DNA of 64,000 nucleotides from positions 2,721 through 66,720 of the forward strand of contig JAADEI010000102.1 in NCBI GenBank assembly GCA_013153515.1, read 5' to 3'. The notes below the pieces were generated by a model. It ran no database searches and had not been told where the DNA came from. It saw nothing but the letters and a program-made list of their open reading frames with translations. Source of the DNA: Chlorobiota bacterium (GTDB lineage Bacteria; Bacteroidota; Bacteroidia; JAADEI01). Shown here in pieces: positions 50,601 through 61,000 of the stretch (position 1 is its first letter; each line of letters begins with the position of its first letter). The translations under genes were made by a program, and so were the position numbers.

Positions 50601-51418
50601 GAGACATGATTCAGGTTACTAGAGTTAATTATGCTTATCCAGTTACTTATAGAACCTTTGATAATTTAGATTTTGGAACAGTGAAGGGCATGACATTCAA
50701 GTTTGATATGCGTAGAATTCCGAATAAGTTACCTCTTCAGCTAGCAGTTAATTATACTCTTCAATTTGCACAGGGAACAGGTTCCAATGTGACCAGTCAA
50801 CTCGGTCTGATTAACTTTGGCGAACCAAACCTTAGGGTTATTATTCCTCTTGACTATGACCAACGACACACCATTGTTGTTATTGCAGATTACCGATATG
50901 GTGAGAAGCAAGGACCAACCTTTAAAGGAAAGCATATCTTTGAAAATGCCGGTGTCAACTTGTTGATCAATGCCGGTTCTGGAACACCGTTTACAGTAGA
51001 TGCTTTCCCGACCAGGTCAGCCGTCCAGATTGGTGTCAATGAACGCACATCTATTAAAGGTGGTGTTAACACAGCGAGGAAACCGTGGACATTGAGGATG
51101 GATCTGAAAATTGATAAAACATTTAAAGTTAAGGTGGGAACGAGGGAAATTGATGGGAAAACTGTTGACCTCAAACTTCCAATCAATGTTTACCTCTGGG
51201 TTCAGAACTTGCTCAATAACAGAAATGTCCTTGCAGTATGGAGGGCAACGGGTTCGCCTATAGATGATGGCTATCTCTCTTCCCCTGTCGGACAACAATA
51301 CGTCTCTCAACAGGTTGATCCCCAAGCTTTCGCAGATCAATACAGGCTTTACACAATGAATCCGTTTAACTTTGGGCAACCACGAAGAATAAGAATTGGC
51401 GTAATGTTAGGGTTTTAA
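47612..51418 (+). CDS. TonB-dependent-receptor-like outer membrane protein with N-terminal CarboxypepD_reg domain
   Basis: About 1270 aa from MKRGALKML. Signal peptide, CarboxypepD_reg (IKGRVLDD...), a plug-like segment (SPRNPADLAATSANVF...MIIDGMKI), a long barrel, and a C-terminal ...IGVMLGF ending in Phe. Confidence 0.7.
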   Translation: MKRGALKMLGLFALMVLTYVSAFAQTGAIKGRVLDDRGEGAVGAVIQVKRNGVLVKGSSIYDLGGWFMIRNLDPGVYDLEVTLAGMAPYKLTGIQVPPEKVVDVGTIRLTPKAKTLKEAIVVVYSKPLFKKDQTTSQFTLSKEEIEKLSPRNPADLAATSANVFQRDEGSELNVKGSRTTGNVMIIDGMKIFGSNINLPKGAIEQISTITGGVPAKYGDATGGIITVTTKGPSANPGFGFEAVTSQFLDPYGYNLVGASFTTPLLWEEGVNEKGEKVKKRPILGMFFSGEYNYQKDYRPSFYIFKMKDSVFQDVVNEPLIKTEQGAFIKKVETLRRDAFEPIKYRLNAYRNRVSLSTKFDFSPKENLNITLGGFYINEWGRAYVHRYSLMNWERQPWTKNRQFNTMLRLRQEFPTKDTAAIIRDFSYSIQFEYRNQFSTTADFYHRYEPFNYGYIGKFMQREVPFYFLSTDSALSALAGRPIIINNVYLGSIYLIDTFIPGGLNPYLENITKQYLENAVGDQSIGSVINGPAIANGERTLADYTSYSIWFIPGRQYGGYSFNTNSRFRVWFNGAFSIIPKKKKGQGKENHHNIEFGMEYEQETRRGYSIGAVSLWTLARLYVNRHLAELNLSDPILIIDGQQYRFSEIKDKLIAGEITFDPESDTVYYEPLYRASEQAWIDKKLREKLGLPVDGTDNIPVDTLSPDVFSLDMFAPDELWLEGINSLVSYYGYNYIGNIDKNKVTFKDFWTAKDENGNYLRPIAPYRPIYMAFYVQDKFMYRDLIFNVGLRVDRFDANQKVLKDKYLLLPAYTTGEVDPALNPNGKHPDNISDDYVVYVDNAKEPTTILGYRKGDEWYDAQGRLIEDPGVIAAQTVTGTIQPYLKNPDITEKDPEYDPDQVFTDYTPQWTIMPRIAFSFPISDKANFYAHYDVLTQRPRQGILATPDEFYFLRDIAVNNIISNPALKPEKVIDYEVGFRQKVSDNVAISISGFYRELRDMIQVTRVNYAYPVTYRTFDNLDFGTVKGMTFKFDMRRIPNKLPLQLAVNYTLQFAQGTGSNVTSQLGLINFGEPNLRVIIPLDYDQRHTIVVIADYRYGEKQGPTFKGKHIFENAGVNLLINAGSGTPFTVDAFPTRSAVQIGVNERTSIKGGVNTARKPWTLRMDLKIDKTFKVKVGTREIDGKTVDLKLPINVYLWVQNLLNNRNVLAVWRATGSPIDDGYLSSPVGQQYVSQQVDPQAFADQYRLYTMNPFNFGQPRRIRIGVMLGF

Positions 51419-51431
51419 AAATAGTTAAAAC

Positions 51432-54400
51432 ATGAAAGTAACGGAAAACATCACCGGGATGATTAGAAACATTTATAAAGGGGGGCTTGTCGCCACTATC
51501 CTCTTGGGCTTGGTCCTTCCAAATACTACCGATGCCCGAGAGATGATTGGTTATGAACGGGTTTCTAAGAACAGGAAGTCTGTAAAAAAGGGTTCTATCC
51601 GTGCCGCTGATTGTGATCCGGCTAGCTCACAAGTTGACCTTGATATAAACAACGTAAGAGCCCGAATTCTTGGCGGTGGTGACATGTGGTGGGACCTAGT
51701 GGGGGATGCTAAATATGAGGTTCCTAAGGGGTCTGGAAAACATGCAATGTTTGCCGCAGCTATATGGATAGGTGGTTTTGATCCCAGTGGTAATTTGCGA
51801 TTGGCTGCTCAGACCTACAGACAGAGCGGTAATGATTTCTGGCCCGGTCCCTTGCTAAATGGTACAATTGATAATCAAACATGTCGGGAATGGGACAAAC
51901 ACTTTAAAGTCCTTAGAAGTGAGATTGACGCTTTTCTTACTGATTATCAAGACAATGGCATTATTGACGAGCCGATTCCACTTTCAATACGAGAATGGCC
52001 TGCTATCGGCAATCCATTCACTACTCGTGATGATAAGTTTATAGGGAGACCATATGGCTTGGCACCTTTCGTTGATGTGGATGGTGACGGAATATACAAT
52101 CCTACTAAGGGAGATTATCCTGATGTTCCAGGCGATATGGCTATTTGGTGGGTCTATAATGATAAGGGGAATATCCATGGTGAAACTAATGCGGAACCCA
52201 TAGGTATCGAAATTCAAGCTCTTGCTTTCGCCTTCCAAACAAACGATGAAATTAATGACATGACCTTTTATAAATATATCTTAATTAACCATGCAACCAC
52301 AACTCTTGATAGTGCATATATAGCTCAGTGGGTTGATCCGGACCTTGGATGCTATCAAAATGATTATGTCGGATGTGATACTATTTTAAGCCTTGGTTTT
52401 GTATATAACGGAACCCTCCCTGATGAGGATTGTGGACCCAAGGGATATGCCCCTTTGAAACCCGCTGCCGGTACAGACTTCTTTAAAGGACCTTATGACC
52501 CAGACCAAGAAGATTATTTGGGCATGAGTGCATTCATTTACTTCAATAATGACTTCTCCGTTACCGGCAACCCCTCTGACGGTATCCACTTCTATAATTA
52601 CATGTCCGGTTCGTGGAAAGACGGTTCTCCTGTAACGTTTGGCGGTAATGGATATGGTGGCACTCAGAGAACGAACTACATGTTCCCTTCCGAGCCTGGA
52701 GATCAATCTGGTTGGTCGGAGTGTGTGGAGGGCAACCAGCCTGCCGACAGAAGATATGTTATGTCTTCCGGCCCATTTAGACTATTGCCGGGAGCTGTGA
52801 ATGAGGTTGTAATTGGTGCTGTCTGGGCAAACGATCCCAACTGGACATTGTGTTCTCCTTTGACCGTTCTAAAAGCCGCAGATGAGAAAGCACAGATTTT
52901 GTTTGACTTGAACTTCCAACTATTAGATGGACCGGAAGCACCCAACATGACAATTAGGGAGTTGGATAGAAAACTCGTTATCACTCTTTGGAACAGGAAA
53001 GGCTCCAATAATGAGAACGAAGATTTTATGATAGTTGATAAACTTAATATCACAGATATAAGGAAATTAGGTTCTCCCGATTCATTCTATAAGTTTGAAG
53101 GCTATCTTGTATATCAACTTGCATCTCCAGATGTTACACCTCGGGAATTAAATGACCCAACTAGAGCAAAACTTATCGCTCAGTTTGATGTGGAAAATGG
53201 TCTTACCACTCTTGTGAACTGGACATATGATAGGGAAAATAGAGCCTGGATTCCAGAAGTAAAAGTTCATGGTAAGGATAATGGCATCAAGCACACAATT
53301 GTAGTTACACGAGACGCTTTCGCAACAGGTGGTGCTAATATACTTATAAATAACAGACCCTATTACTTCATGGTTATCGCTTATGCCGCCAATAGATTTA
53401 GAAAATTTGTACCTGGAGATACATTACCAGGACAAACTATTGAATTCCTATCGGGCAGGAAAAATGTTAGGGTTTATACAGCCATACCTCATAAGCCAAT
53501 AACATATCAGTTTGGAACCAGATTGAATTCCACTTATGGAGATGGTCCTGTTGTTAAAAGATTGGCTGGGGGAGGAGCAGCGGGAGCAACCCTCCTATTC
53601 ACTGATGAAGCACATAATCTGTTAAGTGCCATTGAACCCACCTCTCCAGAAGCTGCAAAGTCTCAATATGCCTATTATCAACCCCGAACAGCACCCATAG
53701 ATGTTCAGGTCGTTGACCCCCTTAAGGTTGTCCCATCTACATATAGAGTTTATATCAGGCCTGCTGCGATGGCACTCACCGGTGTAGAAAATATACCTGT
53801 AAAGTCGGGTGATACAACGTTCTATATTTATGATGTTGATGCTAACCAAATCATTTATGTTGATCTCGTAGATAGTGTATATATTGGCTTTGATGGAACA
53901 AAAGATGTTTATGAGTACAAAGCAACTATTACGCGTTTGAATGAGTATGTTCTGTCAGACAGAGGGATAAGTTTGACATTTAAACAATATAAGCCGCTGA
54001 GGGAACAAATCCTTCAAGGAAAAGGCATAGTGGAGACATCGGTGGTGTTTGCCGATGTTAATCAGCAGTGGCTAACAGGAATTAATGATGATGATGCAAT
54101 TGAGTTTTTAGATTGGATTAAGGCTGGTAATACTCGTGGTAAGCATAATAAAAACACTGGCTTATTGGTAAGTGTGGGAGATTATGAATATGATTCAGAT
54201 CCTGCATTAGGAAGCGTGTACTTTGATTCGTTGGATGTGAAATTTATGGACCCACAAGCCGTATTTGAAAATGTTAATGTTAAATGGTTTGCTCCATATA
54301 TCCTTGCTAATGTAGATAGAACTATTGGGCTTGCTCCAGGCATTATGGGTAATGATCCAATAAGTTACTATCTCACAGACATTAATAAAATCTTGGATTT

Positions 54401-55451
54401 CTATACTGCCCGAAAAAGCTTTGATGATCTTTTCTCCTTTGAATTAGTTATAACTCCAGACAAAAATAAATGGAGCAAGGCTCCTGTTCTGGAAACAGGT
54501 GAGGACCCCTCCCTCACTGAAGGCGGAGCAATCCGATTCACCTTGCGAAGACATGCTGGCTTGAACCTTGATGGTACATATAGCACTTCTCCTCTTGATA
54601 CCGGAATGGGATACTTCCCTGGTTATGCAGTTAACCTTGAAACAGGCGAGAGAGTGATCATTCTATATGCTGAAAATTCAATAGAAGGTGCTCATAATGG
54701 TAGAGATTTGATTTGGAATCCGACGTCGACTATTATTGAAAGGGCGGGAAATAACGTGGATATAGTGGCTGGAGGAGAACATTACATTTATATAACCAAT
54801 TTGCCTTACACTAGCACATATCTTAATATCCTGAAGACAATATTGAAATCTGCTGCCGAGGGTTGGGACACAGTGCTTGCCAAGTATGTCCAATGGGTTG
54901 GTGTGCCCTTATTAGCTCGGGGATTTGACTGGAAACCAGTAAATGAGGGGCTTGTGCCCACGGAGGTTAGAATTAGATATGTGGTTTCTAAACCTTTCTA
55001 CAGGCTTGAGCAATCAGGAGCGATTAATGATGGCTATCCAGTTTATGAATTCTCTATGGCTGGATTTGAACCTATTATAGGTGATGATTCGGTAAAAAGT
55101 TCATTGCTGGACTCCATTAGAATTGTTCCTAATCCATATTACGGTTATTCAGAATATGAAAATAACAGATTAGATAATAGAATCAAGATTATAAACTTGC
55201 CACCTAAGGCAGAAATAGCAATCTATAGTATAGATGGAACGCTAATTAAGAACCTCTATTATGAATCGGTAGCAGATAACCTGTTGTCAGATGACGGGGA
55301 CGAGGGTGCCATTGAATGGGACATGACCAATAACGCTGGAATACCAATCTCCAGTGGGCTCTATCTAATTCACATAAAAGTGCCCGAGGTGGGGGATAAA
55401 ATACTTAAGTTCTTCGCTATTATGAGACCAGTGGACTTACAATCATTCTAA
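51432..55451 (+). CDS. large secreted protein with type IX secretion (T9SS) type-A-like C-terminal sorting domain
   Basis: 1339 aa. Probable signal peptide from MIRNIYKGGLVATILLGLVL. All six cysteines lie in the first 480 aa. The C-terminus IRIVPNPYYG...IKIINLPPKAEIAIYSIDGTLIKNL...SSGLYLIHIKV fits the Por_Secre_tail pattern. Confidence 0.55.
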   Translation: MKVTENITGMIRNIYKGGLVATILLGLVLPNTTDAREMIGYERVSKNRKSVKKGSIRAADCDPASSQVDLDINNVRARILGGGDMWWDLVGDAKYEVPKGSGKHAMFAAAIWIGGFDPSGNLRLAAQTYRQSGNDFWPGPLLNGTIDNQTCREWDKHFKVLRSEIDAFLTDYQDNGIIDEPIPLSIREWPAIGNPFTTRDDKFIGRPYGLAPFVDVDGDGIYNPTKGDYPDVPGDMAIWWVYNDKGNIHGETNAEPIGIEIQALAFAFQTNDEINDMTFYKYILINHATTTLDSAYIAQWVDPDLGCYQNDYVGCDTILSLGFVYNGTLPDEDCGPKGYAPLKPAAGTDFFKGPYDPDQEDYLGMSAFIYFNNDFSVTGNPSDGIHFYNYMSGSWKDGSPVTFGGNGYGGTQRTNYMFPSEPGDQSGWSECVEGNQPADRRYVMSSGPFRLLPGAVNEVVIGAVWANDPNWTLCSPLTVLKAADEKAQILFDLNFQLLDGPEAPNMTIRELDRKLVITLWNRKGSNNENEDFMIVDKLNITDIRKLGSPDSFYKFEGYLVYQLASPDVTPRELNDPTRAKLIAQFDVENGLTTLVNWTYDRENRAWIPEVKVHGKDNGIKHTIVVTRDAFATGGANILINNRPYYFMVIAYAANRFRKFVPGDTLPGQTIEFLSGRKNVRVYTAIPHKPITYQFGTRLNSTYGDGPVVKRLAGGGAAGATLLFTDEAHNLLSAIEPTSPEAAKSQYAYYQPRTAPIDVQVVDPLKVVPSTYRVYIRPAAMALTGVENIPVKSGDTTFYIYDVDANQIIYVDLVDSVYIGFDGTKDVYEYKATITRLNEYVLSDRGISLTFKQYKPLREQILQGKGIVETSVVFADVNQQWLTGINDDDAIEFLDWIKAGNTRGKHNKNTGLLVSVGDYEYDSDPALGSVYFDSLDVKFMDPQAVFENVNVKWFAPYILANVDRTIGLAPGIMGNDPISYYLTDINKILDFYTARKSFDDLFSFELVITPDKNKWSKAPVLETGEDPSLTEGGAIRFTLRRHAGLNLDGTYSTSPLDTGMGYFPGYAVNLETGERVIILYAENSIEGAHNGRDLIWNPTSTIIERAGNNVDIVAGGEHYIYITNLPYTSTYLNILKTILKSAAEGWDTVLAKYVQWVGVPLLARGFDWKPVNEGLVPTEVRIRYVVSKPFYRLEQSGAINDGYPVYEFSMAGFEPIIGDDSVKSSLLDSIRIVPNPYYGYSEYENNRLDNRIKIINLPPKAEIAIYSIDGTLIKNLYYESVADNLLSDDGDEGAIEWDMTNNAGIPISSGLYLIHIKVPEVGDKILKFFAIMRPVDLQSF

Positions 55452-55464
55452 AATTCTTGTTGCA

Positions 55465-56577
55465 ATGAAAAGGCTCGCACTACTAATCGGAATTGTGATT
55501 GGGGCAATTGGAACCCAGAATGCCGGAAACCCCGATCGGGTCGGTGAAGCAGGAGCCTATGAACTAGTGATGGTTCCATGGGCTCGTACCGCAGGCTTGA
55601 ACTACATATCTGCATCCTGGATTCAGGGTATAGAGGCGATCAGACTAAATGTAGGGGGTCTGGCTTTTGTTCAGGGAACAGAATTTAACTTAACAAGAAC
55701 AATTTATTATGCTTCTGATGCTCTCAATGCTACAACCTTAGGTATTGGGCAACGTGTTGGGGAAGAAGGAGCTTTGGGTATTGAGATTTTTACCCTGACC
55801 GCAGGGGAAATTCCAATAACCACTGAAATCCAACCTGAGGGAACTGGCGGTGTCTTTAAACCTCAATTCATTAATGTGGCTCTCGCCTATGCACGTCACT
55901 TCTCAGAATTTATACACGCTGGAATTGTTGTTAGGACTATATACGAGGGGATTCATGATGTTAATGCTTCAGGGGTAGCTTTTGATGCAGGAGTTCAATA
56001 TACCGCAGAGAAGCTACACTTCGGCGTTTCTTTGAGAAACATTGGTTTCCCAGTTAAATATAAGGGGAGTGGTATGTCAAGATTAGTTCTGGATCCTTCA
56101 GGACAATATCAAATGACTATGCAAATCCCAACTGAAGACTTCGAGCTTCCACTGCTCCTTCATATCGGTGCGGCCTACGACCTGATCAAAGATGGAGGAT
56201 GCAAGAGAGCATCCCTAATGGCTAATTTTACATCTAATGCATTTGGTGATGACCTCATTGGCTTAGGTGCAGAGCTTGCATATAAGGAGTTAGCTATGTT
56301 TAGAATAGGATACACTTTTGAGAAGGAAGTTTTTACGCCTCAACGTGGCGCTGCTTATTCCCGATTGCATTTAAGGTCTGGGCTTAGTCTTGGCTTATCC
56401 TTGCAATTGCCATTGAAGAAACCAGATGTGGAGAAGGGGGTTCCATTAGTGGCATTGGACTACGCCTTTAGACCAGCGGCCCCATTAGGCAATATCCATA
56501 GTATTGGCATTCGCTTTGCAATGGATGCTAATCTCCCCAAATGTATCACTGCGGGGGAAACCAATCCACGGTTGTAG
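55465..56577 (+). CDS. putative outer-membrane beta-barrel protein, PorV/FadL-like (tentative)
   Basis: 370 aa. Signal peptide MKRLALLIGIVIGAIGTQNA. The N-terminal GEAGAYELVMVPWARTAGL resembles the PorV FL.I.PDAR.GGMG motif. Alternating amphipathic beta-strands throughout. Confidence 0.35.
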   Translation: MKRLALLIGIVIGAIGTQNAGNPDRVGEAGAYELVMVPWARTAGLNYISASWIQGIEAIRLNVGGLAFVQGTEFNLTRTIYYASDALNATTLGIGQRVGEEGALGIEIFTLTAGEIPITTEIQPEGTGGVFKPQFINVALAYARHFSEFIHAGIVVRTIYEGIHDVNASGVAFDAGVQYTAEKLHFGVSLRNIGFPVKYKGSGMSRLVLDPSGQYQMTMQIPTEDFELPLLLHIGAAYDLIKDGGCKRASLMANFTSNAFGDDLIGLGAELAYKELAMFRIGYTFEKEVFTPQRGAAYSRLHLRSGLSLGLSLQLPLKKPDVEKGVPLVALDYAFRPAAPLGNIHSIGIRFAMDANLPKCITAGETNPRL

Positions 56578-56675
56578 AAACCAATATCTCTTGGGAAAAG
56601 TATTTGTCAAATATCCATTTATGGATTTTAAATGGGTTCTGATTGTCATACGAAAACAGGAAAATTTAATCAACA

Positions 56676-57146
56676 ATGTCGTACGAATTCATCAGTGAGG
56701 AGGCGTTCCAAAAGCTAAACGACGAACTTCAATACCTAAAGACCGAAGGCAGGAGGAAAGTCGCCAAGCAATTGCAGGAGGCAAGGGAGAAAGGAGACTT
56801 ATCGGAGAACGCAGAATATGATGCAGCAAAAGAAGCACAGGCACTCCTTGAGCAACGAATAGCAAGACTGGAAGAAATCCTGTCCCGCGTTAAAGTGGTT
56901 AGTAAAGACAAAATAGACACATCAAAGGTCAATATCCTAACCAAGGTCAAAGTCCAGAATTTAAGGACCGGACAGACCATGTTTTTTAGAATAGTGTCTG
57001 AGAGCGAAGCGAACTTTAAAGAAGGTAAGATATCAACTAAATCTCCTATTGGGAAAGCCTTGATGGGGCATAAGGTTGGCGATGTGGTTGAAATACAAGT
57101 TCCCGCCGGACAACTCCAGTTCAAAATCCTTGAAATAACGGTGTGA
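56676..57146 (+). CDS. greA: transcription elongation factor GreA
   Basis: 156 aa. Coiled-coil N-domain with the conserved acidic tip, plus the FKBP-like C-domain. Confidence 0.9.
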   Translation: MSYEFISEEAFQKLNDELQYLKTEGRRKVAKQLQEAREKGDLSENAEYDAAKEAQALLEQRIARLEEILSRVKVVSKDKIDTSKVNILTKVKVQNLRTGQTMFFRIVSESEANFKEGKISTKSPIGKALMGHKVGDVVEIQVPAGQLQFKILEITV

Positions 57147-57553
57147 TGGCAAGTGTGTTCACTAAAATAGTTAGAGGGGAATTGCCCGCTTATAAAGTGG
57201 CGGAGGATGACCGTTTCCTCGCTTTCCTTGACATCAACCCATTGACTAAGGGACACACCCTCGTTATCCCAAAAGAAGAAATTGACTATATATTTGATTT
57301 ACCCGAAGACCTTTACAGAGACTTATGGCTTTTCGCAAGGAGAGTGGCACGGGCAATTGAACAGGTTGTGGAATGTGAAAGGATTGGAATAGCAGTGGTT
57401 GGGCTTGAAGTCCCGCACGCACATATTCATCTTATACCCATTAATTCCATTGCCGATATGAACTTTGCAAAGCCACGAGTCAAAATGACCGATGAAGAAT
57501 TTAGAGAGCTTGCAGAACGCATCAATAAAGCATATCAGGAGTTAAATAAATAG
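57143..57553 (+). CDS. HIT family (histidine triad) protein
   Basis: 136 aa with the HAHIHLIP histidine-triad motif. ATGA overlap with greA. Confidence 0.85.
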   Translation: MMASVFTKIVRGELPAYKVAEDDRFLAFLDINPLTKGHTLVIPKEEIDYIFDLPEDLYRDLWLFARRVARAIEQVVECERIGIAVVGLEVPHAHIHLIPINSIADMNFAKPRVKMTDEEFRELAERINKAYQELNK

Positions 57554-58027
57554 TTTTTTTCGCATAATTAGGGTTGCCAGAGCAATTGAAGCGGCATCAG
57601 TAAGGTCAAAATTATTATATGCTAAAATGCCATCGGGGTCATGCAAGCGCAGTTTTGTTAATCTGGAGACCATATTTTTAGACGCTTGCCCCTTGCCGGT
57701 AATTATTTTTTTTATCTTTGAGGGGGACAAAGCGACAAATTCAATATCATTCTTTTGACAAAATAGTTTAATTACGCCAAATTGTTCATACAATACAAAG
57801 GCAGATTTTACATTTTTATGATAGTACGGTTGCTCACAAGATATATAATCTAGTTTAAAGTGTTTAGTAAGATTATCTATTTCATTCCATAGTTTGGCTA
57901 AAGAGGGACTTGATAATAATTTGCCATATTTAACAATATCGCCTTCAATGACTACTATGGCAGCATGATGCGTGCCCAAATCAATCCCTGCAACGCTCAA
58001 TGAATTCTGTTGCTTCTCTATTGCCAT
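57542..58027 (-). CDS. ruvC: crossover junction endodeoxyribonuclease RuvC (tentative)
   Basis: 161 aa. N-terminal VAGIDLGTHH (catalytic Asp in a GID context) and C-terminal DAASIALATL resembling the RuvC DAADALAIAL motif. Confidence 0.45.
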   Translation of the reverse strand: MAIEKQQNSLSVAGIDLGTHHAAIVVIEGDIVKYGKLLSSPSLAKLWNEIDNLTKHFKLDYISCEQPYYHKNVKSAFVLYEQFGVIKLFCQKNDIEFVALSPSKIKKIITGKGQASKNMVSRLTKLRLHDPDGILAYNNFDLTDAASIALATLIMRKKLFI

Positions 58028-61000
58028 TTATCTCTGGAAGAATACGGTGAGTTCGGGTCGGCTCCTGATAGCACTGTCAACACTTAGTAAGATTTGATTG
58101 GCTTTGTTTGCAATTGTTGAATCGCCATGCATAAGAGCCATCTGACCAATAAATTGAGTTGTATATAACGTTTTTTGAAATTCTTCAGAGAAGTATTCGG
58201 CAAAGGCGTTCGGTTGTAGTGATATATAGTAATTAAAATCGTGTTGGTTCCTGTCAAGCATTATGTTAAATATATCACGAGCTTTCTCCTGTTGGTTTAG
58301 CTTATAGTAATCTGCAGCCAATTGAGCGACGAAGGATTCCCAGAGTAGTATACTATCGGGGATTTTTTCTATTGCAAGGTCTATAATTTTCAAAGCTGAA
58401 TCTTTTTTGTTTTCCATAATGAGAGCTTCTGCTAAGCGCCATAATTGAATCCTGTGGTTTGAAGCCATCCTACGATGGCTCTCATCAAGATAGATATTGT
58501 ATTTGTCCATGTTGCCCCATCTGAATTTGTTAGTAACATTTGCGTACATCACACTTGTCTGAACTCTACCCATGAGACCGGGAACGTTAGAAGGAGCCTT
58601 GATTGGCACAAGTTGATATGTCAATCCTTCTAGTTGGAGATAGTCTTTTAGACCAACATATGAAGAGGGACGAATGGTTACAGCAAAATGAATGGGTCGC
58701 TCCCAATCGTTGTTGGCAATGATAGTGAGGGTCATTAAGTGGTTTTTGAGTAATGCATTGGGTAGAGTCCATTCCATTCTATTCACTACCAAGCCAGTGT
58801 CCTCTGGTTCCACAATTTTGTTAGCTATTACTTTTTCTCTGGGAATGTTAAGGAATACCTTTTTGACGGGCAAGTAATCAATAGCGAAGCCCGACTGGGT
58901 GGAGGCTCGCGTCGCCGAATGATCACTGTAAATGAATTCTAAAACTTTTTTAAGGTCATAAGCCCTATTCTGGTTATATCTTTTATCCGGGATGTATCTC
59001 ACATAATCCCTTGTTGAACCAAGGTACTTACTTCTTGGAACATTTATAGGTACCGGGTCTGCGTCGTTGACTTTCCTTCTGAGAAAGTCTATATACCAGT
59101 CCACACCTAATAGACTTAGGTTCACAATCCTCACATCTGTCCTAATCCCTTCCACTTCCTGGGCATACCAAAGTGGGTATGTATCGTTATCGCCTTCCGT
59201 GAAGAGTATAGCATTTGGATCGCAGGATTCAAGGTAATTGATGGCGAAGTCTCGAGCGGTGTATCTATGTGCTCGGGAATGGTCATCCCAGCCCCAGTAT
59301 CCCATGAGGAAGGGACCCGTTAAAATCCCCAAAGCTACAATTGGGATAGCTAAGTGAATCCCCTCTCTCCTCAAATACTTTCTAGCTATTTCATATAGCG
59401 CTACTACCCCCAGTCCAACCCATATAGCAAAGGCGAGGAATGAGCCAGCATAGGAATAGTCTCGCTCCCGTGGTTGCAAGGGAGTCTGGTTAAGCCAGAT
59501 AACTATTGCCAAACCAGTCATGAAGAACAAGGCAAAAACTATCCATGCATCCCAATCCCTCCTATTAAATTGGATGAGCAGTCCAAGGATTCCCAACAAG
59601 AGAGGAAGCATATAGAAGTAATTGCGTCCTTTATTTGTTTTTTGAAAAAAGGGTAATTCATCTAATTTCTGTGGGGATTCCAAATGATATTCATCAAATG
59701 GTGTAATTCCACTTTGCCAATTACCATACTTGATTCCCCAGAAACCTTGAATATCATTTTGACGACCTGTAAAATTCCATAGGAAATATCTGACATACAT
59801 CCACCCTATTTGCCATTGGAAGAAGAATTTCATGTTGTCAATGAACGTGGGTTCCTCATTGGGACTCAACCCAAGGAATGAGCGGTAGAATTGGACATGT
59901 TGTTCCTGTTGGCTCCAAATCCGAGGGAAGAAGTATTCCTTGTCATAGACAGGAATTATTTTATGCCCTATGATTTCATAGCGTCCCGTCTCCTCATTCT
60001 TCCTGTATCTGGGAGCGCCTTCTTTGTAGTCAACTACTTGCGAAGTGAAATAGGGACCTTTCAATAAGGGACGGTCGCCATATTGCTCACGATTCAAATA
60101 GGACAATAAGCTGAACGGGTCCTCCGGGTCATTCATATCTATTGGTGGATTGGCATACGAGCGAATCATGACCAGTGCGTAGACCCCATAGCCAAGCATT
60201 AGCATTGCCAGTGCCAAGGCACCCATGTTCCACAACCGATTGCCCCGTTTGTGAGTCCAATAGATTAATCCTGCGATAATCAAGGCAATTAATAAAAGGG
60301 CAACAAACATACCCGTGTAGAACGGGAATCCTAATGTATTCACGAAAAATAGGTCTGAATAAGCGGTTAGACGAGGAATTCCGGGAATGAAGATATATTG
60401 TACGAAGCCCAGCAACGCCCCGCCAATTAAAAATGCTTTAAAGAAGTCTTTGAACGTGTTTAGCTTCCCTTTCTTCTGGAAATAGAGGAGAGTGATAGGC
60501 GGAATAACGAGCAATCCCAGGAGGTGAACCCCTATCACCATCCCCACAACAAGAGAGATGAATAGCAACCACCTGTCGGCATGTGGAGAGTCGCCAGCCC
60601 GAACCCATCTGATCATTGCCCAGAGGATGAGCATAGTGAAGAAGGCGGAAAGGGCATAAACCTCGCCTTCCACAGCAGAAAACCAGAATGAATCGGCGAA
60701 GGCACCAGCCAAAGCACCCACAACACCAGCACCCAAAATAACTATTATCTTAGACCACGACCAATCTTTTTCGTCTTTTATGAGTAATCTGCGAGCGAAA
60801 AACACAGTGACCCAGAACAGAAACATTACGGCACCGGCACTTGCCACGGCAGAAAGCATATTGACCGCAAAAGCAACATATTCAGGAGAGGGAGCAAACA
60901 TGGAGAAAATCCTGCCTATTAGCACGAAGAAAGGAGCCCCGGGCGGATGTGGAATCTGCAATTTGTACGCACAAGAAATGAACTCACCACAGTCCCAAAG

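Noticed and set aside
51432-55451. The 1339-aa T9SS-CTD protein as the T9SS sortase PorU (C25 peptidase), with the next gene as its usual partner PorV
   Set aside because: PorU needs a catalytic Cys in its central or C-terminal C25 domain, but this protein has no cysteine in its last roughly 850 aa. The size and the following barrel gene are suggestive but insufficient. I call it a generic CTD cargo instead.
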